Part shown: in pieces, positions 13,602 to 24,400 of the stretch
How the letters are laid out: each line of letters opens with the position of its first letter
Numbering within the stretch: position 1 is the first letter of the stretch
From: Phyllobates terribilis
Lineage: Eukaryota
Direction of reading: 5' to 3'
Assembly (NCBI RefSeq): GCF_046119375.1
Contig: NW_027362772.1
Span: 279,000,001-279,064,000, forward strand
Length of the DNA stretch: 64,000 nt
The notes under the pieces: model-generated
Database searches by the model: none
Seen by the model: the letters and a program-made list of their open reading frames with translations, nothing else
What the model was told of the DNA's origin: nothing
Translations under genes and position numbers: made by a program

Positions 13602-14196
13602 TTAAGTGGTGTCTGTGCCACAATTTTGGGAAAAATTGGAAACTCTTTTTGGAGTCCCCTTGCTGTGTCTTACGTGACGTTGGCATCGTCAATTCCAGGT
13701 GGGTTGGGTCGCTCCCCCCCCCTTTTAACTGTAAGAAACTACATACACTATGGCTTGGGGTAACACAGATGATTGAGTCTGAAGAGCTGTTTACTCAGTG
13801 GTCTGCTCCAAATCTTCAGTGTCTGCTAGTCAGCGTAGAATTTTTAACTGCATCTAGCCTAGGCAATACTTTGGGCGTAGTAGCCCAGCTGCGAAGCAAG
13901 CTGCACCGCCTGTGTATCTAATAAGAATTTTTAAATGCATCTAGCCTAGGCAGACTGTGGGGACCCCCAACCAAACCCAGACGCTCAGCCCCCCTACCGC
14001 CCCCCTTTCCTTGACAATACAATAATGTAACTCTTACAACTGGATGGGTGAGGATCGGTCACAGCTTTATTAACTCTTTATACTCATTCCATTAGAAAGA
14101 CATTTTATTTCTAAAATAATTCAGCTTGTTGCAGCATGCCCTGGGTCTCCACTCCGGCAACTTGGCCAACAAGTGTAACTCTCCAACATGTCCTTT

Positions 14197-14571
14197 CTAT
14201 TTCCAGGCCACGGAGGATCCTGCGTACTCGTATGCAGGACTCTGACCCCCACCCATCACTCTTAACGCTTGTTCCACTCCGTCCTGGAGTCCTGACAGGA
14301 ATATGTCCAGTCCAATATCCATTAAGTGAACACCGTCGGGCCGTATGAGGCCTGCTTTATCTCCTTCCAGTTGTCGGTGTCGTACCACTATACCGCCTCT
14401 GTCTCTTCTAAATTTTGCCATCCGAATATTTATTACCCGCCTTGTCCGTTCGATGGCCGTGATGTCTCGCACACCTTGCCATACCGCTATCGGCACAATC
14501 TCTGACCATACTATAGCTAGTTTTGTGAAAAATTCTCTGAAGCGCTCAGTGTCTAGTTTCATTATTGCCAT
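14197..14571 (-). pseudogene. SGNH/GDSL hydrolase-like ORF fragment of the YR element
   Basis: IVWSEIVP...W...RRVIN...LIRPDGVHL..IG matches the C-terminal block of the SGNH fold (DxxH). Confidence 0.55.
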
Positions 14572-14891
14572 TAGTTATGCGCTCTTGTGATGACCTAGGT
14601 TGTTTCCCCCGGCCTGTATAACTAAGATGACCAGACATCTTGCCTCTCTCCCTACCTTGATTACCTCCATTAGTACCTGTGGCCATAGCAGGCCTCTAAT
14701 ACCTCTCCAGTTGAAATATGTGTTATGAAATTCTAATTTCCTCCCGCCTGGGCGGACTTTCGCCCTTTAATCTGCCCAATATATATACGAGTTGCCTATC
14801 ACCCACACTGTTGGCTTAGCGTCACCTGTAAAAGAAACAAACCACGTTAGGATAACAAGTCCGGTCTTATGTATCGTGCCAAACACGTGGA

Positions 14892-15734
14892 TCACCATCT
14901 CTCTATCCTCTGAACTTCCGTTTCTGACAGTCCTGCTCTTGCTGCTTCTGTGGCCGCGCCTATGCGGAATGAGTGTGTCCCGTAATCTTTGGGGTGGTTC
15001 CCTGCCGATGTTATGCATTTATTAAATATAGCTTGGAACTGGTATCTTGATAATGGCGTCCCATCAATGTGTGATAGGAACAAATTACTTTGTGATCTGA
15101 TGGTTAGATATGGTTTTACTATTGTTACCCGACTCAGTGTACCGTTTGTGGGTTGTAGAAGTACCCAAGTGCCCCTGCCCGCTGGAACCATTTTCGATTT
15201 GTGTATGCGTAGACGTATTGCATTATTGCCTATGACTACGTCCTGGTGTAATAAACCTCCACTGGTGCTAATTTTGGATTGTGGGACTAATTCGCTTATG
15301 CATAGCGCCCCGAAGAAGGCGATCACAAATGCAGTAGACAGTAGTGTTGCTTCAAATTGTGAGTGTCATGTTAATGGTGTTAGGGATATGATGTGAGAAA
15401 TCAGTTTTAGTGACACGGGACGGGACGTCTACACTCCTGACTTGGCTGACCCCTTTTCCACCCTTTTATGGATTGTCTGATGATGAATCTTTGTCACATC
15501 TCCCCAATTCAGTAGTTGGAAGTGAAATGCTACTCCGGTCAGACACCGCTGCGCTGACGCCCCTGATATGCCCCTCATCATTAGCTGGTGGAGAAATTCT
15601 ATGGTGACTTGTGATCTGGCTTGTTCACATTGGTCAACCCGTCTGCCTGCTACTAGTCGTGTCCACTCTTCCCATGCCTTACCGTATGCTTGCCACGTCG
15701 ACGGGGCAACTGACGCTCTGATTAATGGCATCAA
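14892..15734 (-). pseudogene. Tyrosine recombinase (frameshifted)
   Basis: Two ORF pieces carrying HKSK and HSFRIGAAT motifs typical of DIRS/Ngaro YR. Confidence 0.8.
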
Positions 15735-16473
15735 CTATTCGCCACTAGATCCCATAGGGAAGGTGGGCAACTGTTGTCCCGATGGGTGGGCATTGTGGAA
15801 GAGCTCTGTGAAAATCTGCCAATTGAATTGTTATAAAGCGTTAGCAGCAGCTTTAGACCCCTCAGCATAGTGGCTAGCGCGGACCCATACATTGTGTTTT
15901 AGGCACAGGAATGCTAGCCTGGGTAGTAGGCCTAGCACTGGGAGAGACGATGATGCCATCTTATTAATGCAGTGCGCTAAGCTGGTGTTTTTTGTTATGA
16001 AGCGTATATTTTTGTAAGCCAGGAGCGCGCCCCATATTTCTATTGCTACCACTATTGGGAAGAAAAATTATTTTCAGGGCTAGATGCAGCGAAAAATTAT
16101 TATTAATTGAAAAGCTGGTGGAGCTTGGTATAGATGGCCTAATACAATGAGACCCACACACTGCTAGAAGGCCAAATATTTTTTCAGAGTTAGATGCAGA
16201 AAAAAATTATATTCAGTTTGTAACCTGATGGAGGTCAGTATAGATGGACTAATAGAACAAGTCCCACACACTGCTAGAAGGCCAAATATTTTTTCAGAGG
16301 TAGATGCAGACAAAAAATTATTTTGAATTTGCAACCTGATGGAGGTCAGTATAGATGACTAATAGAACAAGTCCCACACACTGCTAGAAGGCCAAATATT
16401 TTTTCAGTGCTAGATGCAGAAAAAAATTATATTCAGTTTGCAACCTTATGGAGGTCAGTATAGATGGACTAAT

Positions 16474-19400
16474 TGTTATGTTCTGCTACCAGAGCTAAGG
16501 AAAGAGAGAAGATCTGTCCCTACGATAGAACTCAGCTGAATCCCTACGATGTAACAGGGGACCTGATCCTGCGATCAGACCTGCTAAAGTCCTAAGCTAG
16601 TCTGTACGGAGACCTATAGATGTGGGGAAGGAATCCCTACAAGTACTAAGGACTGGGAGGAATATGGGACACCTCCTAACAGAAATAGTAGCAGACAGAC
16701 GAACAAACAAAATATATAGAACATAGAGGTCAGTAGACCAAGCAAACTAACAGAGCAAGACACAGAGCACAGGCTAGCTAGAAAGTAGATATACAATGAA
16801 GTCCAGCAAAGCCAGAAGGGCGGAGCAGGATTTAATAGGCCAACAAGGTCATGTGACCAGCAAAGGAAAAAAAAACCTAAGAGCAAGGTTCTAACAGTAC
16901 CCCCCCTTCTAAGAGGATCCTCCGGATCCCCTAGGACCAGGCTTATCAGGAAATCTCCTGTGAAACGCTCTGATAAGTCTGGACGCGGAAACATCATCCG
17001 ACCTCACCCAAGAGTTATCCTCGGGACCGAAACCTTTCCAGGCCACAAGATACTGCAAACTACCTCTATACCGTCTAGAGTTAAGGATGCGAGAAATTTC
17101 ATATTCCCCGTCCTCCACCACCGGAGGAACAGAGGCAGAGGCGTCACAATCCGATACAACAGCTTTTTTCAACAGAGAGACATGAAATACCGGATTAATT
17201 CTCCAGGAGGTAGGAACCTCCAACCTAACAGCAGATTGGTTGAGAACCTGAAGCACCTTAAAGGGCCCTACAAACTTGGGACCCAATTTCTTTGAAGGAA
17301 TCCTCAACCGCAGATTCCTAGAGGACAACCAAACCATGTCACCAACAGCGAACAAAACCTCCTGTCGTTTCCTATCAAAGTAGTCTTTAGATTTTCTGTT
17401 GGCCTCCTGAAGATTACCACGCACATCCGTCCAAACTCTCTCCAAATCACCGGAAAAATTCTCCTCCTCAGGCACGGCAGATCCCAACTTGGAGAACGAC
17501 CCAAACGACGGATGTCTCCCAGAACAACAAAAAAAAGGCGAACAACCAGCAGAAGAAGATGTATGATTGTTCAGAGCAAATTCAGCAAGTGGCAGAAACT
17601 CAGACCACCCCTCTTGATTGTCTGCCACAAAACAACGCAAGAACTGCTCAACATCCTGGTTTTTCCTTTCTGTCTGGCCATTAGATTCAGGATGATATCC
17701 GGACGAGAACGACAAATGAACTCCCAACCTATCACAAAAGGCACGCCAAAAACGAGCCACGAACTGAGGACCCCTATCAGAAACAATGTCAGTAGGAACG
17801 CCATGAAGTCTGACAATTTCCTTGACAAAGGCCTTAGCGAGAGTTTTAGCGCAGGGCAGTTTGACGAAGGGAACCAAGTGACACATCTTGCTAAAACGGT
17901 CCACGACCACCCAGATGACAGAAAAAGCCTCAGAGGGGGGAAGGTCAGTTATAAAGTCCATAGCCAAATGTGTCCAAGGAGCACTGGGAACCTCCAAAGG
18001 ACAAAGCAACCCCGCAGCAGGAGTATGTGAGGACTTAGATCTAGCACATATAGTACATTGACGCACCCACTTAATGACTTCCTTCTGCCATCCAGGCCAC
18101 CAAAAACTGCGACCCACCAGTCTCTTGGTCTCAGAGATTCCGGGATGACCTGCCAACCGAGATTCGTGACACTCAACAAACAAATCTCTCCTAAAGGTCC
18201 CAGGCACAAACAACCTCCCATGAGGAGTGTTAGAAGGGGCATTCTCCTGTGCTTTAAGAATCTCATTTTCCAAAACGGAGTCCAAAGCAGCTATCACAAC
18301 ACCTTCTTGTAAAATGTTCTCCTCTTTCTCAGCACCGACTATGGGAGAAAAACTGCGAGACAAGGCATCCGCCTTAACATTCTTAGTACCAGGGATGTAA
18401 GTAACGGAGAAATTAAACCGCGAGAAAAACAGTGCCCACCTAGCCTGACGGGCATTCAGGCGCTTGGCAGCATCAAGATATATCAGATTTTTATGATCCG
18501 TAAGAACCTGAACGGGAAATTCCGCACCTTCCAAGAAGTGGCGCCAGTGTTCAAATGCGAGTTTAATAGCCAATAATTCCCGATTACCAATATCGTAATT
18601 CAGTTCAGTCTCCGAAAATTTTTTTGAAAAAAAGGCACAGGGATGTAATCCATCCCCGTTATCCTGAGACAATACTGTGCCTACCCCCACAGAGGAAGCA
18701 TCAACCTCAACCAAAAACGGCCTAGTAACATCAGGCTGCATAAGGATGGGAGCAGAGGTGAACCTCTCCTTGAGATACACAAAAGCTTCAATGGCCTCAG
18801 AAGACCACTGAACCGCATCAGCACCTTTCCTGGTGAGATCAGTCAGAGGTTTGACAATACTAGAAAAAATTTTTATGAATTTTCTGTAGTAATTGGCGAA
18901 ACCCAAAAACCTCTGTATCGATTTCAAACCAATAGGCCTAGGCCATTCCTGCACAGCCTGAACCTTAACCGGATCCATCTCAAAACCTTTGCTGGAGATA
19001 ATGTAACCCAAAAAACTAATTCTCTGTACAGCGAACTCACATTTCTCCAGCTTAGCAAAAAGCGAATTGTCCATTAATAACTGTAATACCTCACGCACGC
19101 TCCGCCAATGAGACTCCAGATCCGGCGAATAAATCAAAATGTCATCCAAATACACAACCACATTTTTACCGATCAAAGGTCTAAGGATGTCATTAATCAG
19201 ATTCTGAAAAAATGCAGGAGCATTAGTAAGACCAAAAGGCATAACCAGATTCTCAAAATGACCCACAGGAGTGTTAAAAGCAGTCTTCCATTCGTCACCC
19301 TCCTTCATGCGCAACAGATTGTATGCCCCCTTAAGGTCAATTTTAGAGAACCACTTGGCCCCCATTAACTGGTTAAACAGATCAGGAATCAATGGCAGTG

Positions 19401-21447
19401 GGTAAGGATTGCGTACAGTAATTTTGTTAATCTCACGAAAATCCAGACAAGGACGTAAACTGCCGTCCTTTTTTTTTACAAAAAAAAATCCAACCGCCAC
19501 AGGAGACTTAGAGGGCCTAATGTGACCGGCGGCCAAACTTGTCTGTATGTATTCCTCCAAAGCCTTCCTCTCAGGAATAGTAAGGTTAAATAAACGACTT
19601 TTAGGAAGAGTCGCTCCAGGGACAAATTCAATAGAACAATCATAGTCCCTATGGGGAGGCAAAACCTGCGATTCCTTCTCAGAAAAAACTCTCCAAAAAT
19701 CCTGAATAGGAACAGGCAATTCTCCCCTATCCAAAGCTGCAATACGCCCGTTACAACACTTGTCATAACATTTATGGCTCCAGGATTTAATTTCACTGGT
19801 AGACCAATCCAGTACAGGATTGTGAAATTTTAACCAGGGCAATCCCAATATTACTGGAGAAGGCAAGTTATTCAATACTACCAAATCCAATTTCTCATGG
19901 TGAACACCATTAATAGTGAGAGGAAATTCACAGACCTTGAGAGTAATATTCTTCAAAGGGGAACCATCCACAGAAACCACAGCAATGGGGGATGATAAAG
20001 GTTCAGGTTTTAAATTGAGTCTTTCCACGAATCCCCCATCAATTACATTCAGAGTAGACCCGCAATCAACAAACACCTGAAATTCCATTAATTTTTTCTG
20101 AGCAATCGTGGAAGCAGCTAAAAATATACCCTTGGAATTTAAACAGGCAATACGGGCGTGACTGACCTTTTTTTTTTCTTTCTTCATACGAAACTCACAG
20201 CCTTTAATCAAATGACCAGATTTTCCGCAATAGAAACACAAGCCTTCAGAAAATCGACGGTCTTTTTCTTGAGAGCGAGGTGCCACCGATCCAATCTCCA
20301 TCGGTTCACCACTGTTAGTACACACATTCTTATAACCAGAAACTGACATAGCAGAGGATTTGCTCTCATTAACCCTTGCACGCAGTCTTCTATCCACCCG
20401 TATAGCTAATTGCATAGCCTGTTGCAAATCTTCAGGTGTAGGATAAGCAATTAGCAGGTCTTTAACCCTTTCACTGAGCCCAGCAAGAAATAGACTTTTC
20501 AGAGCAGAATCGTTCCACCCTGTTTGAGTAGACCAACGACGGAAATGAGTACAATATTTTTCCACATTACCTGATCCCTGTTTTAAACGTCTCAACTCAG
20601 TCTCAGCTGATGCGACACGGTCAGGATCATCATATAATAGTCCCAAAGCAGAAAAAAAACTATCCACTGATCTGAAGCATGTATCACTAGGTTGCAAAGA
20701 AAAGGCCCACTCCTGAGGCTCTTTGCGCAAAAGTGACATTATGAACCCTACGCGCTGGGATTCATCCCCAGAGGACTTAGGTCTCAAACGAAAATACAAT
20801 AAGCAAGCATTTTTAAATGAAAAAAATTCTCGGTGTTCACCAAAAAATAAATCCGGCAAACATACCTTAGGCTCCAAGAAATGTGCTCCAGGACAGCTAC
20901 TCACGTGCTGACGGAGCTCGGCCACCTCCAGAGAGAGTCCCTGCAGGCGATGAGCCAAATCCTGAACCGACACCATGATGGAACAGAAAAATCTTTCCTT
21001 AGAGAATTTGCAGGCTGGACTTACTGTTATGTTCTGCTACCAGAGCTAAGGAAAGAGAGGGGATCTGTCCCTACGATAGAACTCAGCTGAATCCCTACGA
21101 TGTAACAGGGGACCTGATCCTGCGATCAGACCTGCTAAAGTCCTAAGCTAGTCTGTACGGAGACCTATAGATGTGGGGAAGGAATCCCTACAAGTACTAA
21201 GGACTGGGAGGAATATGGGACACCTCCTAACAGAAATAGTAGCAGACAGACGAACAAACAAAATATATAGAACATAGAGGTCAGTAGACCAAGCAAACTA
21301 ACAGAGCAAGACACAGAGCACAGGCTAGCTAGAAAGTAGATATACAATGAAGTCCAGCAAAGCCAGAAGGGCGGAGCAGGATTAAATAGGCCAACAAGGT
21401 CATGTGACCAGCAAAGGAAAAAAAAACCTAAGAGCAAGGTTCTAACA
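16474..21447 (-). mobile_element. Full-length chromodomain Gypsy (chromovirus, Tf1/sushi group), young
   Basis: 423-bp LTRs at 16474-16896 and 21025-21447, with one difference noticed. 5-bp TSD CTAAT. PPT AAGGGGGGGTAC next to the 3' LTR. No tRNA-type PBS. Confidence 0.96.
16909..20976 (-). CDS. Single-frame Gag-Pol polyprotein, 1355 aa: gag, CCHC knuckle, protease, RT, RNase H, integrase, chromodomain
   Basis: CFYCGKSGHLIKGC; VDCGS; YLDD; DASS; integrase H-H-C-C and DFIT...SDRGPQF...SNGQTER; chromodomain YEISRILNSR...YLVAWKGFGPEDNSW. Confidence 0.95.
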   Translation of the reverse strand: MVSVQDLAHRLQGLSLEVAELRQHVSSCPGAHFLEPKVCLPDLFFGEHREFFSFKNACLLYFRLRPKSSGDESQRVGFIMSLLRKEPQEWAFSLQPSDTCFRSVDSFFSALGLLYDDPDRVASAETELRRLKQGSGNVEKYCTHFRRWSTQTGWNDSALKSLFLAGLSERVKDLLIAYPTPEDLQQAMQLAIRVDRRLRARVNESKSSAMSVSGYKNVCTNSGEPMEIGSVAPRSQEKDRRFSEGLCFYCGKSGHLIKGCEFRMKKEKKKVSHARIACLNSKGIFLAASTIAQKKLMEFQVFVDCGSTLNVIDGGFVERLNLKPEPLSSPIAVVSVDGSPLKNITLKVCEFPLTINGVHHEKLDLVVLNNLPSPVILGLPWLKFHNPVLDWSTSEIKSWSHKCYDKCCNGRIAALDRGELPVPIQDFWRVFSEKESQVLPPHRDYDCSIEFVPGATLPKSRLFNLTIPERKALEEYIQTSLAAGHIRPSKSPVAVGFFFVKKKDGSLRPCLDFREINKITVRNPYPLPLIPDLFNQLMGAKWFSKIDLKGAYNLLRMKEGDEWKTAFNTPVGHFENLVMPFGLTNAPAFFQNLINDILRPLIGKNVVVYLDDILIYSPDLESHWRSVREVLQLLMDNSLFAKLEKCEFAVQRISFLGYIISSKGFEMDPVKVQAVQEWPRPIGLKSIQRFLGFANYYRKFIKIFSSIVKPLTDLTRKGADAVQWSSEAIEAFVYLKERFTSAPILMQPDVTRPFLVEVDASSVGVGTVLSQDNGDGLHPCAFFSKKFSETELNYDIGNRELLAIKLAFEHWRHFLEGAEFPVQVLTDHKNLIYLDAAKRLNARQARWALFFSRFNFSVTYIPGTKNVKADALSRSFSPIVGAEKEENILQEGVVIAALDSVLENEILKAQENAPSNTPHGRLFVPGTFRRDLFVECHESRLAGHPGISETKRLVGRSFWWPGWQKEVIKWVRQCTICARSKSSHTPAAGLLCPLEVPSAPWTHLAMDFITDLPPSEAFSVIWVVVDRFSKMCHLVPFVKLPCAKTLAKAFVKEIVRLHGVPTDIVSDRGPQFVARFWRAFCDRLGVHLSFSSGYHPESNGQTERKNQDVEQFLRCFVADNQEGWSEFLPLAEFALNNHTSSSAGCSPFFCCSGRHPSFGSFSKLGSAVPEEENFSGDLERVWTDVRGNLQEANRKSKDYFDRKRQEVLFAVGDMVWLSSRNLRLRIPSKKLGPKFVGPFKVLQVLNQSAVRLEVPTSWRINPVFHVSLLKKAVVSDCDASASVPPVVEDGEYEISRILNSRRYRGSLQYLVAWKGFGPEDNSWVRSDDVSASRLIRAFHRRFPDKPGPRGSGGSS

Positions 21448-24400
21448 CTAATAGAACAAGTCCCACACACAGCTAGAAGCCCAAATATTTTTTCAGAGAT
21501 AGATGCAGAAAAAAATTATATTCAGTTTGCAACCTGATGGAGGTCTGTATAGATGGATTAATAGAACAAGTCCCACACACAGCTAGAAGCCCAATATTTT
21601 TTTAGAGGTAGATGCAGAAAAAAATATATTCAGTTTGCAACCTGATGGAGGTCTGTATAGATGGATTAATAGAACAAGTCCCACACACAGCTAGAAGCCC
21701 AATATTTTTTCAGAGGTAGATGCAGAAAAAAATATATTCAGTTTGCAACCTGATGGAGGTCAGTATAGATGGACTAATAGAACAAGTCCCACACACTGCT
21801 AGAAGGCCAAACATTTTTTCAGAGCTAGATGCAGAAAAATATTATATTCAATTTGCAACCTGATGGAGGTCAGTATAGATGGACTAATAGAACAAGTCCC
21901 ACACACAGCTAGAAGGCCAAATATTTTTTCAGAGGTAGATGCAGAAAAAAATTATATTCAGTTTGCAACCTTATGGAGGTCAGTATAGATGGACTAATAG
22001 AACAAGTCCCACACACAGCTAGAAGCCCAAATATCAGAGGTAGATGCAGAAAAAAATTATATTCAGTTTGCAACCTGATGGAGGTCAGTATAGATGGACT
22101 AATAGAACAAGTCCCACACACTGCTAGAAGGCCAAACATTTTTTAGAGCTAGATGCAGAAAAATATTATATTCAATTTGCAACCTGATGGAGGTCAGTAT
22201 AGATGGACTAATAGAACAAGTCCCACACACAGCTAGAAGGCCAAATATTTTTTCAGAGGTAGATGCAGAAAAAAATTATATTCAGTTTGCAACCTTACGG
22301 AGGTCAGTATAGATGGACTAATAGAACAAGTCCCACACACAGCTAGAAGCCCAAATATTTTTTCAGAGGTAGATGCAGAAAAAAATTATATTCAGTTTGC
22401 AACCTGATGGAGGTCTGTATAGATGGATTAATAGAACAAGTCCCACACACAGCTAGAAGCCCAATATTTTTTCAGAGGTAGATGCAGAAAAAAATATATT
22501 CAGTTTGCAACCTGATGGAGGTCTGTATAGATGGATTAATAGAACAAGTCCCACACACAGCTAGAAGCCCAATATTTTTTCAGAGGTAGATGCAGAAAAA
22601 AATATATTCCGTTTGCAACCTGATGGAGGTCTGTATAGATGGATTAATAGAACAAGTCCCACACACAGCTAGAAGCCCAATATTTTTTCAGAGGTAGATG
22701 CAGAAAAAAATATATTCAGTTTGCAACCTGATGGAGGTCAGTATAGATGGACTAATAGAACAAGTCCCACACACTGCTAGAAGGCCAAACATTTTTTCAG
22801 AGCTAGAGGCAGAAAAATATTATATTCAATTTGCAACCTGATGGAGGTCAGTATAGATGGACTAATAGAACAAGTCCCACACACAGCTAGAAGGCCAAAT
22901 ATTTTTTCAGAGGTAGATGCAGAAAAAAATTATATTCAGTTTGCAACCTTATGGAGGTCAGTATAGATGGACTAATAGAACAAGTCCCACACACAGCTAG
23001 AAGCCCAAATATTTTTTCAGAGGTAGATGCAGAAAAAAATTATATTCAGTTTGCAACCTGATGGAGGTCAGTATAGATGGACTAATAGAACAAGTCCCAC
23101 ACACTGCTAGAAGGCCAAACATTTTTCAGAGCTAGATGCAGAAAAATATTATATTCAATTTGCAATCTGATGGAGGTCAGTATAGATGGACTAATAGAAC
23201 AAGTCCCACACACAGCTAGAAGGCCAAATATTTTTTCAGAGGTAGATGCAGAAAAAAATTATATTCAGTTTGCAACCTGATGGAGGTCTGTATAGATGGA
23301 TTAATAGAACAAGTCCCGCACACAGCTAGAAGCCCAATATTTTTTCAGAGGTAGATGCAGAAAAAAATATATTCAGTTTGCAACCTGATGGAGGTCTGTA
23401 TAGATGGATTAATAGAACAAGTCCCACACACAGCTAGAAGCCCAATATTTTTTCAGAGGTAGATGCAGAAAAAAATATATTCAGTTTGCAACCTGATGGA
23501 GGTCTGTATAGATGGATTAATAGAACAAGTCCCACACACAGCTAGAAGCCCAATATTTTTTCAGAGGTAGATGCAGAAAAAAATATATTCAGTTTGCAAC
23601 CTGATGGAGGTCAGTATAGATGGACTAATACAACAAGTCCCACACACAGCTAGAAGCCCAATATTTTTTCAGAGGTATATGCAGAAAAAAATATATTCAG
23701 TTTGCAACCTGATGGAGGTCTGTATAGATGGATTAATAGAACAAGTCCCACACACAGCTAGAAGCCCAATATTTTTTCAGAGGTAGATGCAGAAAAAAAT
23801 ATATTCAGTTTGCAACCTGATGAAGGTCTGTATAGATGGATTAATAGAACAAGTCCCACACACGGCTAGAAGCCCAATATTTTTTCAGAGGTAGATGCAG
23901 AAAAAAATATATTCAGTTTGCAACCTGATGGAGGTCTGTATAGATGGATTAATAGAACAAGTCCCACACACAGCTAGAAGCCCAATATTTTTTCAGAGCT
24001 AGATGCAGAAAAAAATTATATTCAATTTGCAACCTGATGGAGGTCAGTATAGATGGACTAATAGAATGATGCTATGCCCAAAAGATTTTACTTCACTAGG
24101 TGCAGTAAAAAAAAAAATTGGTATTCTATACACAGGTGGTATATCTTGCAACACAGATAGGCTACTCCACTGACTAACACACTCTGCAATAGGCCAAAAA
24201 GGATTAGCTTTGCTAGATTCAGCCAAATGCTGTGAAAAAAACTTGCACAGCACTGGCACAGACCTGCCTGGCAAAAACTGATAGGAACTGATGTAACCTA
24301 GTCCTGAAAAGGACTCCAATTACAATTAGTCTTTACTCCCACAATCTATCTATTTAAGAGCACAGACCTGCCTGATAAAAGTCGTAGGAAATGCTGTAAC

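Larger units (their letters stand above)
13955..16055 (-). mobile_element. Tyrosine-recombinase retrotransposon 3' fragment (DIRS superfamily, Ngaro-like); approximate bounds
   Basis: RNase H-like remnant (15831-16052). YR N-terminus 15429-15734 (SVAPSTWQAYGKAW). YR catalytic part 14892-15326 (HSFRIGAATEAA...VQRIERW). Downstream SGNH-like ORF 14197-14571 (DGVHL). Confidence 0.75.
16060..24064 (+). repeat. Tandem array of a ~108-110 bp unit (about 4 copies left of the inserted Gypsy and about 24 to its right), inside the hAT
   Basis: Unit AATAGAACAAGTCCCACACACAGCTAGAAGCCCAATATTTTTTCAGAGGTAGATGCAGAAAAAAATATATTCAGTTTGCAACCTGATGGAGGTCTGTATAGATGGATT. Measured period 108 at 23519-23627. Confidence 0.95.

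Noticed and set aside
21448-24064. Regular array that could be mistaken for CRISPR
   Set aside because: Whole units repeat with no unique spacers, there are no cas genes, and the context is eukaryotic. It is a tandem repeat.
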